A stretch of 60,897 bases of DNA, the filler included. It is 5 parts of 5 records of this genome, joined end to end, with 100 filler letters (N's around TTAATTAATTAA, not from the genome) between each part and the next. Parts side by side here need not be neighbours in the genome. Positions count along the whole stretch, not along the records: positions 10,751 to 22,516 come from DRR723986_4567; positions 22,617 to 36,525 come from DRR723986_4570; 3 more parts are not named here. One strand, 5' to 3'. Shown here piece by piece: positions 17,618 to 25,411 of the stretch. Position 1 is the stretch's first letter. Each line of letters opens with the position of its first letter. Below the pieces are notes generated by a model. It saw only the letters and a list, made by a program, of their open reading frames with translations, was not told the DNA's origin and ran no database searches. The translations under genes and the position numbers were made by a program.

Positions 17618-18571
17618 CTATGCGCGCCCTTTTATTTTTAACGCCAACTGCCCCTTGCTCATACCGACACTGGCCTTGAGCAGCGATACGCCGGATGCCC
17701 GAATTTCCGCTTGCTGACAACTCCCCAAGCTCAGCACATCCCCCACTTTTAAATTGGCGACCTGCCCCAGTGTCATCGCCTTATCTGCCAACACGCAGCG
17801 GGTAGGCAGTGGCGTATCCAGCACGGCGCGCTGCATGGCGCCTTGCCACTGCGGGTCGGGTGCCCGGCTCTGCGCCAGCTCACTCTGAGAGAGACTCTCA
17901 CGCAAGGGCTCGAGCATTGCCAGAGGAAAACACATATGTAGCTCGCCACCGCCGCCGCCCTCGGCATCCAATTGAAAACGGCAAACCACAACGGTGTCCG
18001 CCGCGCCAACGATATTGGCCAGCGAGGGATTCAACTCGGTGCCCATCGGCTTACATTGCAGTGCGGCAACAGGCTTGCACGCTTCTTCAAAGTCAGCGTG
18101 AGCGCGGCTGAGGAGCTTGCCGATCAAACGTCGCTCGGAGGGGCTAAAATCGCGACCATCCGGCACACCCTGGGCCTCGCTGCCGCCGAAGTAGATTTCC
18201 ACTAAGCGAAAGACCAAGCGCGCATCAAAGACCATCATCGCCGTACCCAGTAGCGGCTCGACGCGCATTAAATTCATACTTGAGGGGATATACAGCGAAT
18301 GAAGATATTCCGCGTAGGGCGAGAATTGTAGCTCCAGCAGGCTGACATCAACGTCCTGCCCCAGCACGTCGAGCAAACTACTGCGAAAATGTTCGGCAAA
18401 GCGCTTACTCAGTTGCTCTAAACCCGGCAGGCGACGTGCCTTCGGTTGCTGCCGAGTCGCCAGATCAAACTGGGCATAGCTGGGCTTGGGCTCGATGCCG
18501 GGAACTGCTGGCTCGTCCTTCACGGCGGCCAGTAGCGCGTCTATCTCTGCTTGAGAAAGCAAATCCTTCAT
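17618..18571 (-). CDS. fliM: Flagellar switch protein FliM
   Basis: N-terminal DLLSQAEIDALL CheY-binding peptide, FGG motif, RDFSPSE, C-terminal SpoA (LKVGDVL). Confidence 0.9.
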   Translation of the reverse strand: MKDLLSQAEIDALLAAVKDEPAVPGIEPKPSYAQFDLATRQQPKARRLPGLEQLSKRFAEHFRSSLLDVLGQDVDVSLLELQFSPYAEYLHSLYIPSSMNLMRVEPLLGTAMMVFDARLVFRLVEIYFGGSEAQGVPDGRDFSPSERRLIGKLLSRAHADFEEACKPVAALQCKPMGTELNPSLANIVGAADTVVVCRFQLDAEGGGGGELHMCFPLAMLEPLRESLSQSELAQSRAPDPQWQGAMQRAVLDTPLPTRCVLADKAMTLGQVANLKVGDVLSLGSCQQAEIRASGVSLLKASVGMSKGQLALKIKGRA

Positions 18572-18610
18572 CGCTGCTTCTGCCCCCTCGGCCACCACCA
18601 GCCTGTGTTA

Positions 18611-18624
18611 GTCAAAAAAATGAC
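18611..18624. promoter_or_regulatory. FleQ-type binding site upstream of fliM
   Basis: GTCAAAAAAATGAC, the exact reverse complement of the box at 20295-20308; fits the GTCA-A/T-rich-TGAC FleQ consensus. Confidence 0.6.
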
Positions 18625-18630
18625 GCGCAC

Positions 18631-18963
18631 TTAACAACGCTCCCTGAGTACCCGAAGTGTTATTGCCAAATGTTCCTCAACACGCCGAAGCGCCAGGTTT
18701 GCCGCCGCGGAATCTGTGTCCTTTGCAGCACCCTCCAGGCACTTGCACTCCTCAGCCAAAGCCAATGCAGCCATCCCTAATGCCCCCCCTTTTAAGGTGT
18801 GCGCAATGCGTCGTAGCCGCTCAAAGTCGCTGGCGGCGAAGGCGTCTTGCGCATCAGCGATACGCTGCTGACAATCGCGCTCAAAACTCGCGACCAACAC
18901 ACCGATATCACTGCCCATAACCCGCCGAAGTTCGTCGTATTGTTGCTGGTCAATTGTTGTCAT
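18631..18963 (-). CDS. Stand-alone Hpt phosphotransfer protein (HptB-like)
   Basis: AHTLKGGA motif with the phosphorylatable His; ~110 aa helical; position between fliG and fliM. Confidence 0.85.
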   Translation of the reverse strand: MTTIDQQQYDELRRVMGSDIGVLVASFERDCQQRIADAQDAFAASDFERLRRIAHTLKGGALGMAALALAEECKCLEGAAKDTDSAAANLALRRVEEHLAITLRVLRERC

Positions 18964-18992
18964 AGCTATCCCTGCAAAAGCCAATAAGCGGG

Positions 18993-20273
18993 TTAGTTTC
19001 CAAGTGATAATTTGCGACTGTCGAGCACGATCTCGCCAACACCTGCCAGCCGTTTAGCGGCGGCAACAAGCTCCTGTTTGGCGAGCTCTACTTCGCCATT
19101 AGAGGGCTGCCCAAGCAGACGCTCTTCAGGGTGCTGACTCTGCAGCGCGTTTTGCAATGCCGCACGTAATTCACCGGTGGCGCCTTCAAGCGCACGCAGG
19201 GCGGTCTGCGGGTTGAGCTGAGACACCAGATTTTTCATATCGGCCTCCGTCAAGCGCTGCAACTGATCAAACCCAAACATCTGGTCTTCAACACGCTCGG
19301 CCAGGCCTGGGCGATGCTCCCTCAAGCCCTCCAACAACGCACTTTCATCGGCAACATCCAGCTCATTAAGCAACGCGGCTGCCAGGCTTTCCCCGGTTAA
19401 ACGGCGGCCACTGTGGCCACGCGCGTTCAAGTATTCTTCAATCAACCAATCCAATTCCGCCAACGCAGCGGTCGACAGGGACTCCAACGACGCCAAACGG
19501 CTGAGTAACTCCCTGCGTCGCTGGGGGTCAAAACAGGTAATAACGGCCGCCCCCTGCGCTGGTTCCAAACAGGCGATCAGTACGGCCTGTATTTGCGGAT
19601 GCTCCCTGCGAAGCATGTCCGCTATGGTATCTGCCGCCAACCATTTCAATTTAGCGATCTGCTGCGACTGCCCCTGCAGCGCCAGGTTGCTTTTCACCAG
19701 GGCCGCCCGCTCTTCACCGAGGGCCTCCTCAAGCAAATCGCGAATATCTTCTGCCTGGCTGGGCCGCACCAGGGAAAACTGCAGCATATCGTCGTTAAAG
19801 CGTGCCAGTAATTGCGCTAGCTGCCCGGCATCCGGCGTTGCCAGGGTGGCCATGTAGCCGGTCAATGCTTGAATTCGTTCCGGGCTGAATTCACGCATCA
19901 CGCTTGCGGCAACTTTCGCCTCCAGGGCCATTAGCACCATGGCGGCTTGCTCGGGGGAGCACTGTGAGGTTTGCCCGTCCAGCCAGTGATCAATCACCGC
20001 CGCGACACGCGCTGGTTCACCCTCAGCGGTGGTGCGCAGCAAACGCAAATGAACACCGTAGTCGACCCGTTTATGTTTTTTGACTCGGGGTTTGGTCGCT
20101 GGCTGCGACATAAGTTGTATAAATAGCGCTACGGAGAGGCTTGCGCCGCCGGACAACAGGCTCACACTGAGCCACTCCGCCTGCCTGAGCAGCGCCGCGA
20201 CCGCTGCACCGCCGAGCAATGCGACCAGCAGGAAAAACTGGAATGTAATCAGCACGCGCGGGGCTATTGCCAT
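18993..20273 (-). CDS. fliG: FliG with N-terminal TM anchor and FliF C-terminal motif (FliF'-FliG fusion)
   Basis: Two N-terminal hydrophobic segments; YGVHLRLLRTTAEGEPARVAAVIDHWL (FliF C-tail pattern); then FliG motifs ALGEERA, EHPQ, MFGF, GEIVL. Confidence 0.8.
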   Translation of the reverse strand: MAIAPRVLITFQFFLLVALLGGAAVAALLRQAEWLSVSLLSGGASLSVALFIQLMSQPATKPRVKKHKRVDYGVHLRLLRTTAEGEPARVAAVIDHWLDGQTSQCSPEQAAMVLMALEAKVAASVMREFSPERIQALTGYMATLATPDAGQLAQLLARFNDDMLQFSLVRPSQAEDIRDLLEEALGEERAALVKSNLALQGQSQQIAKLKWLAADTIADMLRREHPQIQAVLIACLEPAQGAAVITCFDPQRRRELLSRLASLESLSTAALAELDWLIEEYLNARGHSGRRLTGESLAAALLNELDVADESALLEGLREHRPGLAERVEDQMFGFDQLQRLTEADMKNLVSQLNPQTALRALEGATGELRAALQNALQSQHPEERLLGQPSNGEVELAKQELVAAAKRLAGVGEIVLDSRKLSLGN

Positions 20274-20294
20274 TGGCTAGCCCCTCCACTAATA

Positions 20295-20356
20295 GTCATT
20301 TTTTTGACAGCGCTGATTTTCAAAGCCACTCAAACCCGTTTCGTCAAATTATTGAC
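20295..20356. promoter_or_regulatory. Pair of FleQ-type boxes in the leader of the fliFG operon
   Basis: GTCATTTTTTTGAC (20295-20308) and GTCAAATTATTGAC (20343-20356). Confidence 0.65.
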
Positions 20357-20426
20357 AGTAGCACCTGCGCATATACATTGGTTATCAATGACTTACGCGA
20401 CTAGTTACTGCCTACACTGACTGTAA

Positions 20427-20442
20427 TGCAGGTTTTAGGCCA
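20427..20442 (-). promoter_or_regulatory. Putative sigma54 (-24/-12) promoter of the switch operon
   Basis: Minus strand TGGCCTAAAACCTGCA = GG-N10-GC, pointing toward fliFG. Confidence 0.55.
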
Positions 20443-20449
20443 GCTGAGC

Positions 20450-21364
20450 TTACAGCCGCACTTCGACAAAAGGCAGAGACTGAGGGCCACCCGCATCAAT
20501 GCTCTGGGCGGCGTCAAAGGGGTGAGCCTCGCGCTCGGCAGAGCGGTCAATATTGAGGTTGGCAAAGTCAAACAAGTCGCGATCTGCGAGCTGTGAGGGA
20601 GCAATGTTTTGCATTGCCGAGAAAATTTTCTCTATACGGCTACCATCCTGCTTTTCCCACTCCAGAAGCATCTTGCGGATATTCTGGCGCTGCAGATTTT
20701 CTTGCGAACCACAGAGGTTGCAGGGAATGATGGGGAACGCTTTATAGGCTGAAAAGCGTTCGATATCCGCCTCCCGGCAATACGCCAGCGGACGAATAAT
20801 GACGTTGCGCTTGTCGTCAGACAGCAGCTTTGGCGGCATCGCAGCCATCCTGGAGCCATAGAACATATTCAAAAACAGCGTCTGTACGATATCGTCTTTG
20901 TGGTGTCCGAGCGCGATTTTCGTGGCGCCAATTTGCTCGGCAAAGCCGTACAGCGTTCCCCGCCGGAGTCGCGAACACAACCCACAGGTGGTCTTGCCCT
21001 CGGGGATTTTCTCTTTGACGATTGAGTAGGTGTCTTTGTTAACAATGTAGTACTCGATACCCAGCGTCTCGAGGTATTCGGGAAGAACATGCTCAGGGAA
21101 GCCCGGCTGCTTCTGGTCCATATTCACCGCGATCAACTCGAAGGAGACCGGTGCGCTCTTTTGCAGGTTCATCAGGATATCGAGCATGGTGTAACTGTCT
21201 TTACCACCGGACAGGCAAACCATTACCCGGTCGCCCTCTTCGATCATCTGAAAATCCTCTATCGCCTGCCCGGTGTGGCGGCGAAGGCGCTTCTGCAACT
21301 TGTTAAATTCCAGCTTAGACATTGCCGGCGTCGCAGAACTCGGGGTTTCAGAAGCGGAAAACAT
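20450..21364 (-). CDS. ttcA: tRNA 2-thiocytidine(32) synthetase TtcA
   Basis: SGGKDS PP-loop, [24 protein letters not shown]; start chosen at MFSASE. Confidence 0.95.
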   Translation of the reverse strand: MFSASETPSSATPAMSKLEFNKLQKRLRRHTGQAIEDFQMIEEGDRVMVCLSGGKDSYTMLDILMNLQKSAPVSFELIAVNMDQKQPGFPEHVLPEYLETLGIEYYIVNKDTYSIVKEKIPEGKTTCGLCSRLRRGTLYGFAEQIGATKIALGHHKDDIVQTLFLNMFYGSRMAAMPPKLLSDDKRNVIIRPLAYCREADIERFSAYKAFPIIPCNLCGSQENLQRQNIRKMLLEWEKQDGSRIEKIFSAMQNIAPSQLADRDLFDFANLNIDRSAEREAHPFDAAQSIDAGGPQSLPFVEVRL

Positions 21365-21658
21365 AGCTATTGCCTGTGTATCGGTGAACGAAGACGAGCG
21401 GCGCATTATATAGAGTTGGCTAAATATCAGCCACAAAGGCTTGAAAAATTCCCCTTCCGGCGTTGGAAACGCCGCTGCGACTGGTAATCTTTGCCTTAGG
21501 TGTCTATTATTAGCGCGCCAAAATCTGCTGGCATGAGGTGTTATTTTTACACGGCCAGACCCCGGCACGGGTGCATGCCGGATTGTGTAATCCACGTCCG
21601 GTCGCACCCGCTCACAACCGGCTTAAGACCAGATCACTTACCAGAAAGGGAACGCTCC

Positions 21659-22516
21659 ATGAAACAACCCGTTCGTGTCACCGTTACCGGTGCAGCAGGC
21701 CAGATTGGCTATGCACTGCTTTTCCGTATCGCTTCCGGCGCTATGCTGGGCGACGATCAGCCCGTCATTCTGCAACTGCTGGACATCACTCCTGCTCTGG
21801 ACGCGCTGGAAGGCGTAAAAATGGAGCTTGAAGACTGTGCCTTCCCACTGCTGAGCGGTGTTGTCTGCACTGACGACCCCAATGTTGGCTTCAAGGACAG
21901 CGATTACGCCCTGCTTGTTGGCGCTCGCCCACGTGGCCCCGGCATGGAGCGCAAGGACCTGCTGGAAGCAAATGCCGCGATCTTCTCTGTTCAGGGTAAA
22001 GCGATCGACGAAAATGCCAGCAAAGATATCAAAGTACTGGTAGTCGGCAACCCTGCCAACACCAACGCTCTGATCACTCAGCGCAATGCGCCTTCTATCA
22101 ACCCGCGCAACTTCACAGCAATGACTCGCCTGGACCACAACCGCGCGATGACGCAGATTGCTCAGAAAACCGGCAAAACCGTTAACGACGTAACGAACAT
22201 GACCATCTGGGGCAACCACTCTGCCACTCAGTACCCGGATCTGTTCAACGCAAAAGTTGCGGGTGAAACGGCCTCTGACCTGGTTGATCAAGAATGGCTG
22301 GAGAACGACTTCATCCCAACGGTTCAGCAGCGTGGCGCAGCCATCATCAAGGCACGCGGTGCGTCTTCTGCAGCGTCAGCAGCCAATGCGGCTATCGACC
22401 ACATGCGCAGCTGGGCACTGGGTACTGAAGGCGACGACTGGGTATCTATGGGCGTATACAGCGACGGTAGCTACGGCATTCAAGAAGGCCTGATCTACTC
22501 CTTCCCCTGCCGCTGC
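21659..22516 (+). CDS. mdh: Malate dehydrogenase (type 2), 3'-truncated
   Basis: [46 protein letters not shown]. Confidence 0.96.
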
Positions 22517-22616
22517 NNNNNNNNNNNNNNNNNNNNNNNNNNNNNNNNNNNNNNNNNNNNTTAATTAATTAANNNNNNNNNNNNNNNNNNNNNNNNNNNN
22601 NNNNNNNNNNNNNNNN
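22517..22616. other. Artificial contig-joining spacer
   Basis: N44-TTAATTAATTAA-N44. Confidence 0.98.
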
Positions 22617-22670
22617 TTTCCGGGGCGGTTGCTCCTTCGGCACCGGATGAACCGGTTCTCCCACGTTGTG
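22617..22670 (-). ncRNA. Glycine riboswitch, 5' part (truncated by contig end)
   Basis: Minus strand CACAACGTGGGAGAACCGGTTCATCCGGTGCCGAAGGAGCAACCGCCCCGGAAA: GGAGA, hairpin, CCGAAGGAGCAA...GGAAA core of alphaproteobacterial glycine aptamers. Confidence 0.75.
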
Positions 22671-22751
22671 CCCCAGCATTAGCGCAGTCGCTTGCTGTAG
22701 ACAAGAGGTCGTTTTTCGCCACTCAGGTCGCAAGCAGCCGCAGGGGCCGCC

Positions 22752-23216
22752 TTAATGGGTGGCTTGCGGGTGCATGTGGCAGGCGGATGTGCCCAGCAGG
22801 CTGGCCAGCGGGTCATTGTCACAGACCAACCCCGCCAAAGATACATCTTCAAGCTGGGCATAAAACGCCTCGGCGGCATCGGCGATGGCCACACGCAGCC
22901 GGCAGGCCGCAACCAGCGGGCAGGTGTTTTCCGCATCTGCGAAACATTCGGTCAGGGGCACGGTTGATTCCAGGCGGCGAAACACATCGCCAATGTTGAT
23001 ATCGGCCATATCACGGGCCAGGGCGATGCCCCCGTTGCGCCCGCGATGGGTGCTTAAAAAGCCCATTTGCCCCAGTTGGTTGATCACCTGCGCCAGATGG
23101 TTTTCCGAGGTGTTGCAGCGTTCGGCGATCTCGGCTTTGGTGACAAGCCGCCCTTGGTTCACACCGCAAAACATCAATACCCGGATGGCAAGGTTTGTGC
23201 GTTTGGTGATGCGCAA
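22752..23216 (-). CDS. Rrf2-family Fe-S transcriptional regulator (NsrR-like)
   Basis: RGRNGGIALA wHTH wing, three-Cys ECF...CPL..AC motif; TTG start assumed. Confidence 0.88.
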   Translation of the reverse strand: MRITKRTNLAIRVLMFCGVNQGRLVTKAEIAERCNTSENHLAQVINQLGQMGFLSTHRGRNGGIALARDMADINIGDVFRRLESTVPLTECFADAENTCPLVAACRLRVAIADAAEAFYAQLEDVSLAGLVCDNDPLASLLGTSACHMHPQATH

Positions 23217-23276
23217 TGCTCTGTCCTTTGATCGAATCACTGGCTAAGATCATGGCAATTGCGCTGTGGGGGCGGA

Positions 23277-23290
23277 TTGACCTATGTCAA
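23277..23290. promoter_or_regulatory. FNR/CRP-family (FnrL-type) box
   Basis: Palindrome TTGAC-CTAT-GTCAA in the divergent intergenic region. Confidence 0.55.
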
Positions 23291-23309
23291 TCAACGGGGG
23301 GTTTGTTGC

Positions 23310-23918
23310 ATGCAAGATGCATTTTTCTTTGGCTATGGGTCGCTGGTAAACCGAAAAACCCATGTTTTCCAAGATGCCCACCGCGCCACCGCCAAGGGCT
23401 GGCGCCGGGCCTGGCGCGCAACCGCCGCGCGCCCCATTGCCTATCTTACCGCATTGCCCCACCCAACGGCAGAAATCGAGGGGCTGATCGCCCCGGTGCC
23501 CCAAGGCAGCTGGCACGCGCTGGACCAGCGCGAACATGCCTATGCCCGCGTGCCCGTATCCGAGCACATCACCCACCCCCTGCCCCACCGCCCGGAAATT
23601 GCCATCTATGCCATTCCCGCAGGCGCCCATCACGCACCCACGGTGGAAAACCCCATTTTGCTAAGCTATGTGGATGTGGTTTTGCAGGGCTATCTGGCCG
23701 AATTTGGCGCAGATGGCGTGGCGCGGTTTCTGGCCAGCACCGATGGCTGGGATGCCCCGGTGCTGGATGATCGCAAGGCGCCGATCTACCCCCGCCACCA
23801 AAGATTGCAGGCCGCAGAACGGCGCATGGTTGATTGCGCTTTGGCCGATTTGGGCGCGCAAGTTATTCCCGCCACCCCAGAGATGGCGCAGCGGATCGTG
23901 CAAAGCCGGGTGGTTTAG
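23310..23918 (+). CDS. Gamma-glutamylcyclotransferase family protein
   Basis: FFGYGSLVN, LDQREHAY motifs. Confidence 0.8.
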   Translation: MQDAFFFGYGSLVNRKTHVFQDAHRATAKGWRRAWRATAARPIAYLTALPHPTAEIEGLIAPVPQGSWHALDQREHAYARVPVSEHITHPLPHRPEIAIYAIPAGAHHAPTVENPILLSYVDVVLQGYLAEFGADGVARFLASTDGWDAPVLDDRKAPIYPRHQRLQAAERRMVDCALADLGAQVIPATPEMAQRIVQSRVV

Positions 23919-25240
23919 CCCCGCCCCGGGATCTTTTGCAGCAAGGGCATCAGATCGCCCATATTCGGGCCGCTTGCCTGCCCCGTCAGCGCCAGGCGCA
24001 GCGGCATGAACAGCGCCTTGCCCTTGCGCCCTGTCGCCTCTTTCACCGCTGCGGTCCAAGCGCCCCATGTGCCCGCGTCAAACGGGCCTTCGGGCAACAG
24101 GGCCATGGCCTGGGCCACGAATGCGCGGTCGTCTTCGGCGATAACGGGCTGGGCCCCATCGCGGCACAGCGCCCACCACGGCGCCAGATCTGCGCGGGTG
24201 GTGATATTGTCGCGCATCACTTGCCAAAACTGCGCGGCCAGATCTGCCGGCACGCCCAATGCGGCAATCTCGTCGGCCATCGTGGCGAAATCGAGGCCCT
24301 GCAGATAGGTGGCGGTCAGCGGATACAGGTCTTTTTCGTCAAATTTGGTGGGGGCCGCACCAAAGCGGGTGATGTCAAACCCTGCGGCCAGATCTTCCAG
24401 GCTGGTTTGCATCTCGACCGGATCAGCCGAGCCTAGCCGCGCCATCAGCGACAGCAGCGCCCATGGTTCGATCCCTTGGGCACGCAGATCCTTGATCGAA
24501 AGCGCGCCCAGCCGTTTCGATAGCGCCTCGCCCTGCGGGCCGGTCAACAGCGAATGGTGGGCAAAGGCGGGCACCGTGCCGCCCAGCGCCTGAATGATCT
24601 GAATTTGGGTGGCGGTGTTGGTCACGTGATCCGAGCCACGCACAACATTGCTGACACCCATTTCCGTGTCATCCACCACCGATGCCAGCGTGTATAGAAC
24701 CTGCCCATCGGCCCGGATCAATACCGGGTCAGATACGCTGGCCGCATCGATCGAGATATCGCCCAAAATACCATCGCGCCAGTCGATGCGCTGCTGATCC
24801 AGCATAAAGCGCCACACGCCGGGGCCACGCTGATCGCGCAATGCGGCTTTTTCATCTGCGCTCAGCGCCAGGGCCGCGCGGTCATAAACCGGGGGTTTGC
24901 CCATATTCAGCTGTTTTTTGCGTTTCAAATCCAGCTCGGTCGGGGTTTCGAATGCCTCGTAAAACCGGCCCATCTGGCGCAGTTTCTCGGCCGCATCTGC
25001 ATAGCGATCCAGGCGTTTGGACTGGTATTCAATGCGATCCCACGTCAGGCCCAACCATTCCAGATCGCGCTGGATCTGGTCGATATATTCCTGTTTCGAG
25101 CGCTCTTGGTCGGTGTCGTCGATGCGCAGAATAAACGTGCCACCCGCCTTGCGGGCAATCAGGTAATTCATCAGCGCGGTGCGCAGATTGCCCACATGGA
25201 TATAGCCTGTAGGCGACGGGGCGAAACGGGTGGTGGTCAT
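23915..25240 (-). CDS. gltX: Glutamate--tRNA ligase
   Basis: TRFAPSPTGYIHVGN, LRIDDTD, VRGSDH, LSKR, LFMPLRLALTG. Confidence 0.93.
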   Translation of the reverse strand: MTTTRFAPSPTGYIHVGNLRTALMNYLIARKAGGTFILRIDDTDQERSKQEYIDQIQRDLEWLGLTWDRIEYQSKRLDRYADAAEKLRQMGRFYEAFETPTELDLKRKKQLNMGKPPVYDRAALALSADEKAALRDQRGPGVWRFMLDQQRIDWRDGILGDISIDAASVSDPVLIRADGQVLYTLASVVDDTEMGVSNVVRGSDHVTNTATQIQIIQALGGTVPAFAHHSLLTGPQGEALSKRLGALSIKDLRAQGIEPWALLSLMARLGSADPVEMQTSLEDLAAGFDITRFGAAPTKFDEKDLYPLTATYLQGLDFATMADEIAALGVPADLAAQFWQVMRDNITTRADLAPWWALCRDGAQPVIAEDDRAFVAQAMALLPEGPFDAGTWGAWTAAVKEATGRKGKALFMPLRLALTGQASGPNMGDLMPLLQKIPGRG

Positions 25241-25411
25241 GGGATGCTCCTTAGTCCAGCGCCATGTGTCACATGGGCGGGGATTTGTCCAGAAAGCGCA
25301 GGCCCATCAACTGCGCGTGAAAGTGAAAAAACTTCGTGGACAGGTTGTAATTTTGCCCTACCACACCCTTATGGCGCTGGTGTTTCGCGCCACCCCAGAT
25401 GGAGAGCACGC

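Noticed and set aside
18653-18668. Possible sigma54 promoter for fliM inside the hpt gene (minus strand TGGCAATAACACTTCG)
   Set aside because: The -24 element fits but the -12 GC is absent at the required spacing.
21365-21658. Long N-terminal extensions of ttcA and mdh overlapping each other
   Set aside because: ORF-caller extensions into the divergent promoter region; conserved sequence begins at 21364 and 21659.
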